A DNA stretch of 64,000 nt from Haplodiscus bocki (GCA_965655095.1 OZ296656.1:83080001-83144000); one strand, 5' to 3'. Shown: positions 1-14,519, numbered from the stretch's first letter. Notes: generated by a model not told the origin, from the letters alone. Translations and numbers: made by a program.

Positions 1-540
1 TAAAGTTGTTTACAGTTGTTTACAAACAATGTTTGTACGTTTTGCAGTTTGTTGAACATTTATAGATTGATGCTTTAGTCGTCAGAAAGCTTGTTCGACC
101 GTATTACAATAAAATTCTCTCGGAAAACGTTCTTTGTATTGGCATCAAAGATTTACAAAGAAATCTGCAAGAATTGCTCAATTGTTATTCTTTTTTGACG
201 ACATCAAATTTTTTCAATGTTTAATTTGAGGGGTATTCTGGTCTGTTCTTTAAAAAAAGCTTGTTCTTTTTAGCCATAGGATTTTGTAATATCGATTGAT
301 AAGTTTTAGGAATGAAAAGCAACCTTATTTTCTATCTTTTTGTGTCTTCCAGCCTTTTTTTCTTGGAAGTAGTGGTGAAACTCTCTGATTACTTCTGAGA
401 ACCAAATGGTCTGTTTTCCAAGTTTTGTGTTAACTGTCTTTTGATGTTCTATTTCGTATACTGTAATAATTGTGCTTTGCTTCCTATGTTTGTGCGTCTT
501 CCCTTCCAGCTTTCCCGCAAATAATGATAGGTTTTCGACA

Positions 541-593
541 AGATTGCATTACCTGCGTTTGCAGGCAATTTTGCACGCGCCAGTTTTACAGTG
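541..593 (-). repeat. Terminal fragment of a CACTG-ended DNA transposon/MITE family (copy 1)
   Basis: Reverse complement CACTGTAAAACTGGCGCGTGCAAAATTGCCTGC closely matches CACTGCAAAACAGCCGCGTGCAAAATTACCTGC at 14520 and a third copy near 7060-7094. CACTG termini suggest the CMC/EnSpm superfamily (inference). Confidence 0.5.
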
Positions 594-849
594 TTCTTTG
601 TAATAACCTTAAAACCGTTAAAAATGCCCTTACATTTGAACTTCATGCTAACTGCTGAATCAGTCAACAATTTAGACATTTGAAAGTGGTTTTCAAAATC
701 TATGGTTCCCTTCACATGTCAGATTAAAAGCCATAAATTTCACCAGCTCAATAAATGGCTAATCTTTTAACATTGGTCTTTAATATGATACGACTAATAA
801 ACTAAACTTTTTTGGTCACAACATCCTATCTATCACGCGAACATAGCTA

Positions 850-3800
850 TTTGTCATAAAAGACAGCGAGTGTTTTTAACACCCTTTAAATGTTACTGTT
901 ACAACCAGCAATTGGCTTGTGTACCCGATAACGAATAATACACATCTGTTGCTGGGAACAAAGTCAACAACGGCACTCGCTATACCTCACCATAAAGTGA
1001 CTCTTCCGTGAACGTTTTTGGGTGACTCAATCAAGATCGCCAGCTTGTATTTAACGTCCTTATCCTGAAGGTCAGTTCTGTAGTCGGACGATTGAATCGT
1101 TCTTTCTTCTCGGACGCTCTAATACTTCGCATAGCTCGTAGCACCCTCCATCGGGGCCGGTTTGTTTGGGGCTATAATGCAACGGCCAATATTGGAGACA
1201 ACACTGGCCCACCACACCCAGAGTCGGTCAATATGAATGAGTCTGTTTGACCATCTACTGGCATTTTTGATAATGCCAGAACCCCAGAGGTTTATTAAGG
1301 AGGCATGCGTATCATGAGTTATTCAACCGCAGGTCTTGCTGCTTGTAGCACCAACGTTCATCGCCCAGCAACACACAAAGGGCAACGCCACCCGGATTTG
1401 TCTATAGCACTAAAGAACTGCTGCTCATAGTGCTATCTCTTCAAGTTGTTATCCAGACCCCTCCATGCCGTGGGACTCCCATTCACCATCACCGCGCGCA
1501 AGAAGCCTTCTGACAAGAATTACCGCCCAGAACTTGTTCTCTGGCCAACTGTATTCGTCCGGTTGTCCTAAACCGGCAATTTTTTTCAGAATTGATATCA
1601 AATAATCTCACCCTGGATGATTTGATGTTTTGGGATAGGTCAACGCTCATGCAAGAGACTGTACACGCTTCACGAAACAAACTGAATTGGACTACCATGG
1701 AAACTCAACAATCATCGGTTATACTGCGTTGGATGGAATGGCCATTGAGTTTCCAATGGTGGAATGGCAATAAAAAACCACTGTTCTTTTTTACATTTGT
1801 CCTCGTCTTCCTGCCAATGCCAATATACCACGTGGATGTTCCACGACGGCTACTCCAACTAGTAGGCGTTGCGCAGTTACGCCAATACATCACAAAACAA
1901 AATGGACGAAACTTGTTCGAGAGTGGTGGACTCATTTAGTGCACCCTGAACAACGTCAATGATCTTGCTTCTCTGCGCCATCAATGGACAGTATTCTTTA
2001 TCATAACGTCAAGGATTAGGCGGTTGCTCCTGTTTTTGAAACCTTGGACGATGATACTGTCGTAGCAAGTGGATTTCCAACTATGACACAGTGGTGGCTA
2101 CCGTTCCATTGGGGAACACAGCTCCAGTTCTGATCTTCAACATGGAGTAGCACCCACCACTACCAAAACGATTACTATCAGTCTCGTTACGAAGTAATTC
2201 AGTCCAAGTCCCAGGAAAAGTGAAGAAAGAACCTACCTTGTGCATAAAGGTAATTGAAACATGCCTAAATTTCGTTGCAATCCCGGAACAAAAGTTCAAG
2301 TTTTGATCTCAACAAAAATTACCTGACAGCTACTCACTACATCATATTACTGATTTCTTTTACCTAAAGTAGGTGAAGGAGATCAAATGAACAAATGTGG
2401 GGTTTTTTATACCCGAACGACGGACTACTTGTCACTGGGAGAGCCGCCTAACACCTTGCTACCACCTGAGCTTCAATTCCTAAGGACCAATCCCTATATC
2501 ATATCGGCTCAAGAGGACTTGTTGCTCCAAGCTTTCCTCGGTTCTGCGGGTCACGCTCCTTTCATTTTACAATTCTTCAATATAGAGTGCCAATCTTGGT
2601 AATCAGTAAGTACGGAAAACTGGACTCAACAGTCAAGTATTGAGAAGAACAGCCAAAGATTTCAGACAAGCCCATAAGTAAGATTTATCAGTCAGTTTGC
2701 CATAATCACTACTCCTAGTTTCTCCGTTGGCTGACTCGGCGAAGGAGCATGCTGATGTGCCGCGCCACTGCTAATATCATCGAAAATATCGAAAATCTAA
2801 TAACCGTCCTATCTTTTGCGGAAGTGATTCCCCTTCAAATAACATGCGCAACATCTAAACTATCGAGAAAAACCTATAATACGGCACGTTTTATCGAACC
2901 TCGTGTTGATGGAAATCAAAGCACTGCCCGTCATAACTACCTTGTGCAGAGGCAAATCAGACATCACTTCCAATGGAAAAGTGAACCCCAAGAAGTCCTT
3001 GCGTACTAGTAATGGATTTCGTCAACGGAGACCAGATATAATCTTGACACCTGCCTTCCATAACGATCTATAATTCAATTCAATCATCGAAGACGAAGCG
3101 AACAAAACCCAACTTGCTATCTGTGGATATTTTTTCACGCATTGGGTCGCCTAAAGTATTGCCGTCCGTCTCGTACAACAGAAAACAGGTACACAATTTG
3201 ACCAACGAATGGAAATAAACACAACTAAATTTCAACCTACGTATGGAAAAGATGGTACCCCATTGCTCTCCCTAATATCTTGAACACTCACATTTTAAAC
3301 ACACGGTCAACTTTCCTGGAATCAATGTTAGACTATCAAATTGTCCTGTCCATTGCACATGGTCCTAGTGTCCAATTTGAAACAATTCATGCTTCCCAAA
3401 TTGAGAATTCCACGGCCAGTTGGCCTCGGTAGTCATTAATCCGACATCATCCGCTGACCTTACCCAAAATGTTGCCAATGCACTAGCTTTGCTTCTCCAA
3501 GAACTCTCACAACCGCTGCAAGCAACAATTCACCCCGAACAGCTGTTCGATTCACTAAAGCAAAACACCGTGTAAACTGTGATCACTCAAACTAGCTACA
3601 TCTACCTTAACTTCCATACCACAAAGGGATTCATTTGCCAAGACACGCAGACACAATAATAAGCTCAGCAAACGGTGAAAACAATTCCCAAGAAGCCATA
3701 GTCTTGTTACTGGTAAAGCAAATGTGTTGTTTGACCTAGAAGGTAATATGGTGCCAACTGTCTTTGACTTGTACTTCCAGACGTCACAAGGATCTACGGT

Positions 3801-4350
3801 AGTACGACAATGCATTTTAATGCCTCCTGAGACCAAATCTTTGAACAGCTCTCCACCATCTTTACTTTTTCGAAAGTCACTGGCTCCAAAAACGAATAAA
3901 TCCCAGCTGCGAGCTCATCACATCACCGAAAACGATTGCAAAACAAAAGGAAACGTCATCTCGCATTGTCCTGTGACAAACCACGTAGATCCCACTCAGC
4001 CCCGCCACAGTTCGACGTTTTGAAGTGAACCCGTATTAATATGGATTAGAAACCAGTCTACCAACTCTATCGAAACATATCGTTACCTTAACCTATGCTT
4101 ATGTTGTTCCAATTATTTTTGATCAACCATGACCTATTGTCTTTGTTCGTTTGGATGTGAGCGAACCTAATCCCTTGGGATATGGGACCCCCGGCCAAGT
4201 TAAACTAGCTCAAGTGAACCTTCTCACAACGGATAGCCTACAATTCCTTGATAAATCGCCACGATGATTCCACACCATTATGAGGTGCAAGAACCCATCT
4301 TGACAGTTTCATACATCCGCGTATGCTTAAAACGGAGACCACTGGAGTTT
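850..4350 (+). pseudogene. Decayed long coding-like region of unknown origin (boundaries approximate)
   Basis: More GC-rich than its flanks. Successive + strand ORF fragments (1592, 2387, 2749, 3724). The 2749 frame continues as protein-like sequence through isolated TAA/TAG stops (...SEPQEVLAY**WISSTETRYILTPAFHNDL*FNSIIEDEANKTQLAICGYFF...). No motif recognised. Confidence 0.4.
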
Positions 4351-4579
4351 AATCTTTCATGTAACATTTCGCTTTCAAGTAGACTTTTTAACAAACATTT
4401 AACTTTTTAAAAGACGCTACTTTTGAAGCCACGTGACTTCACGTCACACCAAGTCTGAGCTACACCGTCTGCGAACGATTTGGCGTTCCAACCGTTGGTA
4501 CTTGCATGTACAGGCAGTGTTCAAATTGGAAGATGACGATTGACGGTTTCAAAGTCACTTGGAAATTACACTTTAGCAA

Positions 4580-5166
4580 TTAATCCACTGAAAAGGCCAT
4601 TGCCACAATGAGCGACTCCAACATGAGCCTGTGATGAGTGTATGGTTGCCGGTCAAAATGTGGTTGCTCGCCTAGAATATTAATTCGAGTTTCATCATTC
4701 GTAAACACATGTAGTGTATTGTTCCGTTCGGATGCATTTTTAGAGGAGGCAGAAATCCTTATGTGTTCCCCACGTTCTAAAATCCTCATGACACTGGTCA
4801 CATCTCGTCCAGAAGACGCGTTTTTAGACCTAATTGCTAATTCGATTTTAGGAGTAATAATACTATCAATTGCGGTCAAGATCGCGTTCTGAATCTTCGA
4901 TAGTTTAAACAACAGTACCCATTTCCATATAAATTCTTTCAATAAAGCATCTTCCCCAGGGTTTCACATTCACCGAATTCTCATTGGCTGCTAAATTACT
5001 GCCAGAATTATCAATGGGTAAATTCCTGGTCACCGGTACCTTCATTGACTGTAGCATTTTGCTTCCTATCGCTCACAGTATTGCCAATGATAGTATCTGG
5101 ATCGAAGTCATCCAACTGGTTGAAGAGCTTTCTATTTGACTGCCTTTTCTTGCGAGTGGAAACCAT
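4580..5166 (-). pseudogene. LTR-embedded N-terminal gag segment (frameshifted) reading out into flanking DNA
   Basis: Begins MVSTRKKRQSNRKLFNQLDDFD. Contains KIQNAILTAIDSIITPKIELAIRS (cf. RMHDAMLTAINNVQIPRVEMVVRS at 42521-42826). Reaches FDRQPYTHH exactly at the LTR edge. Confidence 0.7.
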
Positions 5167-6494
5167 GTTTGTCTTAGTAGATGAATTACACTTGAAATAT
5201 CAACAAAAAATCAAACAAACGAAAAATTAAAGTAAAAGAAGAATAGATCCAAATGACAATTCTAAAGTGAAGGTTTTCAGTTTAGATGAAGAAATTGGGC
5301 AAATGCCTTGCAAGAATGTTCGGAGGGTTTTCAAATTGATAATTTTGCACAAGTATTTCGTAGAAGCGTTAGAATTCTCTCTGATTGAAATTTCATATCA
5401 GGCTCAGTCATCGATCCCTCCTTTTGACCTCGTGTTCGCCAGCCAATCGGGAAAGCCAATTTCCCGACGTCATAACGATAACTCTAACCAAACTGAAACA
5501 AACATCAAAGGACTTATTCCGCGTTTTACATTACGTCATTGTGATATCAATATAAATATAACAACTGGGTAAATTATCAAAAGGGGAAATGTCGAGCAAT
5601 CATGACCAGCAAAATAAAAATGTAAAAATAGGAATAAATAGAAATTGAAGCTCAATAAAAACATAAATGCATGTGTGATCCATATATTATAGACCTCGGG
5701 TCAAGGGATTCAGTACTCCTTGAGGATTGTGAATGGATACTAGGGGTGTTTGTGGTCAACGCATGAGGGGAAGTTCCTGAAGATTATATTTTCTGGCTTG
5801 ATTATGTGATAATGTAATAAATATGACACGAATGTTATCATCAAACTTCATGCACTTGATTTGTTTAACTTTAACGTTTAGTGGTCAAAAGATGGTCACT
5901 CTGACCGTCTTTTGACTAAGTCAAAATTTCGCTGGAATTTCATTAGTGGATAGCACTGGATAACTTGGTACCAAAATAAATAAGTATAAGCCTCTATATT
6001 GCATAGCCACATCGTTTAATTAAACTTGGTCAGACTTTAGTAGCTGTGACTTTATTTTGCCGTACGTCGCCTTTCATTCAAGAACGACCGCCTGCTTTGA
6101 GCAAAGTGGTCAAAAGTAGGTCTTTGTGACCAACTTTCGACCCCTCTCCTGCAGTGCTGCTATTTGGTCAAAATGTTGACAGATATAATTGTTTTGACCA
6201 ATCAAGTTTGAGTATGATACTGCTCATCAGTTAATCACTGTAAATATTTGTTTAAACCAGTTTGCGATTAATGTTAGCATATTCCTTTATAGTATGGATT
6301 TTGCAGTCTGATATATATGTATATGTATATAGGTATAAGTATATCATATTTTGTAAAATAAGGGGGGAACTTCATCCAGCATTCTATTCAATCAAAGTTT
6401 CATTAGTTTGTATATTCAAATCTTTGTACGTCCAAGTTTTGACTGTTGAAGTTGATTATGTCGAATACGTCGTCACAGGCGGCAGCCTGCGACA
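4630..6494 (-). mobile_element. Solo LTR of a Gypsy family related to element 2
   Basis: On the - strand it starts TGTCGCAGG and ends CATCACA. Flanks GAGCC/GAACC form a 5-bp TSD with 1 mismatch. Its 3' part is homologous to 42319-42880. Confidence 0.8.
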
Positions 6495-6954
6495 GAACCA
6501 GAACATAACTCTGATCTATAAGCAAGCTGAAATCTAACCTTTCGCTGGCCAATGTGCCTTCACCTTGTTGGGTGACCGACGCTTGTCAGGGGCTCTAATA
6601 TTAGGTTTCCTTTACATTGGCGATTGCTTTTTATGCTTCTACGCAAGTACTTACGGATAAAATTTGACACTGAGTAAAGTTAACGTGAGCCTGCAATCGA
6701 AAAACAAAGTGTCAATGGTGTGACTCAAAAAAGAAACTTAAACTCAGTTTCAATTGTAACCGTAGCTGAGTGAAAGGGTAGAAGGACAATTTTGTTCCCT
6801 TAATCGATACCCGGAAACAATTCTTGAGAAAAAGAAAAACGAGGAACAATGTGAGCGCTTCCTGACTGCAACGCTATAATTCTAGACTAGCGGTTGAATA
6901 ATCCATTGATTTATTTGGGGGTCTCCGCGGGTATTGTTCGTGAGGTGTTTGCTG

Positions 6955-7094
6955 CGTAGGTGCAGTATTTTCACCTGTATTTACAGGTAAATTGCATGTA
7001 ACGCTGGTAAACTGCGTGTGGGACTTTTTACATGCGGTCCTCAGATAAAGGCCCTGCATTTGCAGGTCGTTTTGCACGCTCCCGGTTTACAGCA
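6955..7094 (-). repeat. CACTG-family transposon end (copy 2, degenerate)
   Basis: Reverse complement GCTGTAAACCGGGAGCGTGCAAAACGACCTGCAAATGCAGG, plus CCTG/CAGGTAAA motifs as at 14520-14700. Confidence 0.45.
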
Positions 7095-7104
7095 ACGTTA
7101 CATC

Positions 7105-7322
7105 TTCAAAGAATCATCAATGAGACATCAATATTTCAGACATAAACACATTGAAAACATCAATTATCATTAATGTTTGTATCGAAATCATCAATGTTGC
7201 ATACTGTTTCTTCGAAGAATCATCAAAGAATCATCAACGGAACCTCAATGTTTCAGAGATTATCACATTGAAAACATTAATGATCCTTAATGTTTGCATC
7301 GAAGTCATCAATTTCGCACCCT
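7105..7322. repeat. Diverged tandem duplication, ~117-bp unit, ATCAAT-rich
   Basis: AAAGAATCATCAA...CACATTGAAAACAT...AATGTTTG.ATCGAA.TCATCAAT occurs at ~7108 and ~7225. Confidence 0.65.
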
Positions 7323-7554
7323 TCTCTTTTTAATAAACAGACTTATTTTTTAATGACAACTTAATTAATCATCATTGCTACCAATGTGTTGTGGACTGGG
7401 GACATCAGGACTGCTGTTCCCATCATCTGCAAAATTGGTTTGTGGAAGGCATCGTTGTCCGACAACTTGATTCACGATTCACGTTTTTCATCTTTGCGAC
7501 TAGCTAGTTGAGGGGGTCCGAAATTGAAGACTTTCGCTGTTGATGCTGAAGGAC

Positions 7555-7838
7555 AGCGGCGAAAAAATATCAGCGAAATTTTGCTAAGATAGTGGCGATT
7601 CGAAGTGCGCCGTTATTTTTCTAAGATATGGGTGGTAAATTATCGGCGGAAATTTATTAGGAAACGGCTGCTGTAATCGCTGTTATTTTTCCAGGAAACG
7701 CCGGTAACCGCTGCTAAATTTCTAAAAAAACGCCGGTAACAGCCGTTTGTTTCTACAAAATACCGGCGGTTTTGCGATTTTTTTACCGCCGATCCGCCAT
7801 TATCGTAGAAAAAGTTCAGCCAAAATTTCGACCTGGGC
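7555..7838. repeat. MITE-like fragment with ~30-bp internal repeats (AAACGCCGGTAAC.GC)
   Basis: Recurrent GCGG/CGCCGG motifs spaced by A/T runs. Ends in CCTGGG. No matching second end found. Confidence 0.35.
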
Positions 7839-9456
7839 AATCTCCTCCATCATTACCAAGGACGCTTAACATTAATTCCGTAAGGTGTTAAACATTGTTC
7901 CCTCTTGTGTACGCGAAGTAAAAGTGGTAAAGTACGCAATATTTTTCACTTCACTATCAAGAGTGGTGGCCATAGGAAGCCAATGACCAATCTACTCCAG
8001 TTTTATCTCCCTCGTCCTAGCATTCAAGTGGGTACGTTCAAGTTTTTACTCCAAGAAGCACGTAACAAAGTGACTCTACTCGCCTAAAGTTTCAATTATG
8101 ACAATCATGGCGGGCATTTTTACAACCGCAACATGGAAATCAGGCGATCGCGGTGGGGAACTTTGACAATCGCAGGCTGTCTTCTGTTCTGAAGAATAAA
8201 CTTGCCCCTTAATGGACCCAATAATGGTCGATTAACTTTTTGAGGGACGGCCTATGCAGAAATTGGATTCTTTTGACAGCGTGACTGCAACAGTTCGGTC
8301 AAACTCTATAGATATACTCTACCCTACCCATACAGATTGTTGTAGCTGTGGCAATTTCTGCAAATACTACTCGTTTCATCGAAGCAATGCATAAAATCAC
8401 TCCCTCGCTTGATTTAAGTTTCCTCGAAAAAAATCTCAGCCGAATATGTTTAATGTTTGACTTTACATCACATACTAGGCTCAAAATCTTACGACAGGTA
8501 CTGAGAGCTCCCAGTCATATCTAAAGGGAACCATTTTTTCGTCAATTTCAGCAATTTCGCACCACTTTTTTCTCTTCTTTTATTCGCAAATCTTTCTTTC
8601 AATGGTTTTCAAAATAGATCCGATACCATGTAATATTTTGACAACTCCGTTCTCAAAAATTACTGGACTTGAAGATTGATGAAATTTTGACCAAGTGTTT
8701 TTGATTCTGATCGAGCCCCCCATGGTGCATCTTGAGGGCATCATTAAATAGCAGTCTATCACATGTGATGTCCATGTTGTATCTTTACAGAGCAAAAGAA
8801 ACAGTAATGATTTTTCTCAAATCCTGGTTAATGGACTCGATCTTATCATGTACTTAAGTAGAAAGCGTATGCGCCAGTATCATTGGTTCTAAAGCGATCT
8901 TTGTGTATCATGTCTTTCGATTCAAGGCGTTGACCAATCATTGCAAACAAACTACGACACCGTTTTGCATTACACCAGCCTGAAAGCTAGTTTCTGTGAT
9001 TTCTCAGTTTAGCAGCGAGTTTTAGGGAAGGATCGAAGCTTTAGGTAAATCCATTTGAGCCAACCGCATATATTGTTTGCTTTCTTGTTGATAAAGTTAG
9101 CATCAGAAAAACATAGTGTCATCTGTTTATCAGTGAGCTTCTCAACGTCATGTTGACTCTCGAAATGAGTACACAGATCATTCCAAACTCTATCTTGTTT
9201 CTTTTTAAGCTCCTTTCCATATCAACAAAACCACACATTACCATCAGTCTTTTTTTCCAGTGGAAGAGTTTTAACAAACATCTTTCAATTTTATTTTTGT
9301 TGTTGTTGTTTGCTATTGTGGTTTTCCTGAGAAAACTTTTTTCTGGACCTTTCTGTGTTCTGTGTTTATTCTCATTGGTGCAAAGGTTTTATATTAAATA
9401 GCAAAAGAAATCATTTGTAAACATTGCAAATATTGTTGCCCATCAATTACCAATTG

Positions 9457-10962
9457 TGTGAAGAGTGTGCGTTTGTCAGTCGCAATTAAAGTTAAATCCC
9501 GGAAAATTACCATCCTCGAAGTGTTCACTATTACGCGTCTCATCATTCTTATTTTGATTGATGTTTAAGTCCGTTTGGTCAGGATTTTGGACCACACTAA
9601 TGGGTCCGCGTTCTAATCACCCAGCCATTGATCTCTCTGCCATTTCAACCCTCGGTGTAACCACACTATCCATTGCTGTCACAATCACGTCATGGACTCG
9701 ATTTTCGACGGCAGTGACGACGTTATCAACCTCTTTTCTAAATCCGTCAGCGATATACTTTTGAGTGACCTGGTTACGATTCACACTGTTTTTGCCAAGT
9801 GCTGAACTGTCAAATTGTCAACAAAACCAGAATTATGAAGCCCTGCCGTTTTTTCCTCAGCTACACCCGCTTTGCTATCATTACCATGGACAAAATCGTT
9901 ATAAGATTCGTTTAATTGACTAAGGAGTCTTTTGAAACCATGTTTGTATCGAAAAGTGAATTTTTCAAAATTATCAATTCAACAGTTTTACAACAAAATA
10001 ATAGCTATTACAAATGCTCAGCGAGAGGTATTTTGTGAGTTTTGTACCAAGAAAGTGTTTTGCACAACAGTTGAAACAATTTGTCTTTTTCCCTGGTTAT
10101 CTCCGAATTGTGGATTCTATTGGGCAACTTCGTTTTTCGTCCACCAATCAGCATCCTCCCAAAAATGACTATTTCTATAACTATATTTATAACTACAACT
10201 ATAACTGCAACTCAAATAAATGTCAAAGCAAAACTACTGCTTTTCCTTGAGGTAAAAATACACAATTATACAAATAGTATCACCTTTCTACACATAGTTA
10301 ATCCTAGTTATTTTGGTGGTAGATTATAGCAGTGGTTAAATTTCATGGAGTTTGACATGCGCAAACCAACCCATTCAAGAAACACATATCACGTCTGGGT
10401 TTCAAGAAGTGGTGTCCAACACTAGCGCGAATAACCAAATTAATCCGTAACAACTAATTTGCACAGAATGGTGATGGGCAATATTTTATATTAGGTCAGA
10501 AATAATTATTTTGACTTTTTTTGACTCAAGCTGTGAAGTTTTCAAAAATTCCAATTATTACTCAATCATGACATAAGGTTAAAGTTATCAACGCAAAACT
10601 TCTGAATGTAATTTTAAAAATAACTTGAAAGTAATTCTGTGCCGAATTTACAAAATTCGCAACTTAAGAGCGCATTTACTCATTTCCGTAGCATCAGCCT
10701 ATTGCTTTCATTACTTAATATTAACGTCAAGTTTCTCGCCGTTGACCCGATTTTGACATGAATTCAAACTGACGGCGTAGTGAGGAAAGTAGAAGCCTAG
10801 CTGCCGTCAGTTGCGTCAAAAAAACACATCAGAACAATTTTTTCGACGTTTCAAAAGTAAAAAGCATTTGTATTAACAATGCTTGGCGGGAGCTAGGGCA
10901 AAATTAAGTCAGCCAGTCGGAGTGGTGCAATTTAGTGCTCAAACTGGCACGATTGTGCGACA
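9457..10962 (-). mobile_element. Solo LTR, same superfamily as the element 2 LTRs
   Basis: On the - strand it starts TGTCGCAC and ends CTTCACA. Embedded ORF remnant RVHDVIVTAMDSVVTPRVEMAERS...FEDGNFP...THTLH. 10735-10790 resembles 43665-43715. No clean TSD. Confidence 0.65.
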
Positions 10963-11247
10963 TTGTATTTTTATGCTATTTTTGCACTCAGGATTTTTTG
11001 TATTGTTGACATCACTATGGATTTACACTTAATAGGAATAAATTGTATATATGCATATAGATAGTCACTGTAAGCAGGAAAAATAATATAGTACATAAAA
11101 ATTTTTTGTTAATTATTTTTAGTTATCATCTTGGTCTCAGTCTTGGAATATTGGTTGGAGGTTTCATGGTGGTTCATGAAAGAATTTCCATTTGGTTTTA
11201 GAAAATTAACTCTATTCAACTGACTGCCACAATATGTAAGTGAAAGA

Positions 11248-13132
11248 TGTCGTGCGAGGAACTGGCTGCGCTAAAATTAGCGCTGTTATCTGCTCTTGGC
11301 TAAAAATCTGGTTGCTGGTCAGACGACATATACTGAGTTAGCCGAGTCAAGTCCTCTAGCTGGTACGTCAGGGGAGAAATATAGTTCCTGACCTGCTCAT
11401 CAACTTTTTCGTGAGTTAGGATGCGTGCTTCGGATGCTTAATTAACGTTGTCCTCGCGGGAACTCATGATGGGGCCGGTCGTAGATTTTTTGTTGACACT
11501 CATGTTGACATTGTTAACTGTATCGTTTTTTTTTCCGATCCTTATTTCTCTAATCATGTCAGAAGCCGGCTCACAACTATTAAGATTTGAACTAGATTTG
11601 GATGAATTTAGATGAAGTCTTAATGTGGCGTACATTGCGATCTACAATATGGCTATTTAAAAAAAGATGAAATCAGCAAAGGCAGGATTTTTGAAGGTAG
11701 TACAAGTGAGTGAGGTTCTGTTAAATGCAAGATTAAAGTCCGTCAGAGTAGTTCTAACACACATCTAGGTAGCAATGCGAATGATCGTGCAAGTCTATCA
11801 CAATTAACTGATTGCGCTAAAAGTGATTCAGGTTTCAGTGGCTTTGCGTGGTCACGTGACCGATGATAAGACGCAATTTTATCCATGACTGATTAATCAT
11901 TGGCTCGTAAGTTGATGTGTTGATGTGCTAACTACCTAAATAATGTGTGAACGGAAATCCACCGCAAATGCGCATGATTTTCATGCAAATTTAGCGCAAA
12001 ATTTTTGCAAAAGTCTAATGTGGCATAATGTATACGAAGTACAAAAAGAAAATCAATACTTACACGGATTGAATGCTCAAAAACTGTAACGTGTTCTATT
12101 GCTTTCGGGATTCTGAATGTTTTCTGAATTTTTTGACTGCACTTGAATTTCATTTTCACCGGAAATCATCATTTTGCTCGGTTACAACGTTCTCATGTGC
12201 CATCATTGCTATACCGCTGCAATTTGATGTCTTTTTCTTAGGTTAGAATTTTCCGATTTGAATCAACAAAGATGCATCTCAATGACCTCAATATAAAAAT
12301 TGTAGCTGACAAAAGTTGATGAATTCGAAATTTATCATCTTGACTCGGGTTGTGGTTTGGATAAAAACTGATAAAAACGATTCAATTAGATGAGAAATAA
12401 GAATCTGTTTGGTGTTGATTATGAAAACTGATGGACTCAAAATTCATTTTTCTATGTAACAGTCAATACAGAACGTTTTCTTCACATGGATGAAACCGAT
12501 GATTTTTTTAAATTTTTGCTACGGCAGTGTAGGTAGTTTACACATCTCAGATGTACACGGAAAAATTGTTTTGTAATGACTATTGATCTATTCTGTCATA
12601 CTTTACATGCTCATGACTGTTGTTTTTTCATTGAGAGTTAGTTTTATGTAGTGCAGAATAAACCAATGGGGTGAAAACATTAAACGGATGTTCTCCGGTT
12701 AAAATATACTCCGAGTCGTTAATGGTTTTGTCTGTCGAGCCGCTAGATAGGGCAATTGTAGTAGCTTTTAGTGTTGCGATTGGAGTTAACCGGTGTTTTT
12801 CATATCTGTTATAGTATATTTGAGCCTTCATCGGAATGTGTCATTTTCACGGATATGTTTCAGCACTTTGGTGTTCGGTGGATGAAGATACCTTTATAAG
12901 CTCAACAATACTTTCTAGATAGCAGATACGGTTTTTTGAATAATACATAGTTTCGTTCATACCAGAGGAAAAGGTTAGTATTAGTACATACTTTCATTTA
13001 TAACTTTATGCGATTTGTGGCAACAGAACTTGCATTAAGATGTTATTAATAATGATGGCTTCATACACATGTAACATAGCGTAATTTTAGGGATATGTAG
13101 ATACTTCATATTTCCCTCATGCAAGCATAACA
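11248..13132 (-). mobile_element. Probable solo LTR of a third Gypsy family
   Basis: Starts TGTTATGCTTGCATGAGGGAAATA and ends GCACGACA. The 5' part is homologous to 17070-17210 and to 20166. Central GGTCACGTGACC. Embedded ORF remnant KVDEQVRNYISPLTYQLEDL runs to the edge. Flanks AAAGA/ATTGA match only 3/5. Confidence 0.55.
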
Positions 13133-14519
13133 ATTGATTTTTCAATAATTGATTGCCAACTTTTGCTATCAAACACAAATGACACCATGGTCATAGAGGG
13201 GGCTCATTCGTGTCACTGGAGAGCACAGTTGTGGATGGAATGTAAGCTCATCTTTGGTTTTCATCATCGGGTTCCTTCATTTAATTTGAACTGCTTCTTA
13301 CCAAGACCAGTTGAGGCACAGGGCCCGTAATGGAGTCAATAACATCACAATTACTCGCTGTGTTTAATCGGTTGCATACCGGGAATTGCAAGTTCACTGA
13401 TTCACTTTTAAGCAATTGTTTCTTCAATCATGAGAAAAGGCTTTGAAGTCTGTACATACCGATGCACATATCAGCACAAGTTGAACAGGTGAGTTTGTGA
13501 ATTGCGCATTTTAAAAGAAGTTTTCGACTGACAAACTTGTTTCAGTTGTGTTTGAATCGATAAGAAAACTGGAAACTGTTTGACAAGTTTAGATTTGCAA
13601 TCTACTCTCACCTAACCTCTGCAACCATCGGCTTCTCTGTTCAGAAATTGCGTTCTCTATCTTGTTTTTTACGAGTAACCATTTTGGTCACAGTGAAGTT
13701 CATAGGGTGCATAAGAGAAAGCTTCAGATACTCATTAGTCTTCGGAGTTCTTTGTAATTGCTCTCTGGGTTGAAACGATTTAGTTAACTTCGTCTGAATA
13801 GTGAACTAACCTGATCAAATCAACTTGTCTTGTAAAGAGCACTACCTAAATCTTAATATGTGAAGTTAATGCAGTCTTGCACAGGAAACAACCCAAATCT
13901 ACAAAACCCCAGTGCTGTGGCGAAATTACAGCGCAAACCCAATTTTCTTTTGCTGGATCATACCAGATCAATAATTCCCTACCCCCTGTTTAATCACAGT
14001 CTCGCCTGTTTAGGGCACGCCCTAGAGGGGACTTGGTTCCATCGCCTTGTTTACTTTGAACTAGTTCTGAGTGTAAATAGGTACAGGTAGATACTTTGAG
14101 AATTATCATAGTTTGTAGTCTTTGCTTCATCGATCTTACCATAAAATACAGGCTACCACCTTATTACTTTGCTAAAATTGCATGTATGTTATTACTTTAT
14201 GTTCCGTAGTTATACCTTTATAAGAATTTAATTTAATTCAATATTTGTTACATAGCTTCAAGTGATATTCGGCTATCACTCCAGATCAAGTTTGCTGGGT
14301 CCAGCACACCTAACTATAATGAAAAATGCAAGATTGAAGTGGTCAGGAAAAAGAATTGCTTTTTTATGTACCGTATGATTAGGGACCTTTTTACGATCAG
14401 GGGTAATTTAGTTAGTTCCTTACGTTTGTTTGGCTACCATTAGGGACCTATCATAAGATGGTTGTACGGTTGTACAGAACCTTGGTAGAATAGATACTTC
14501 GGACAATGTAGTTTTCATG

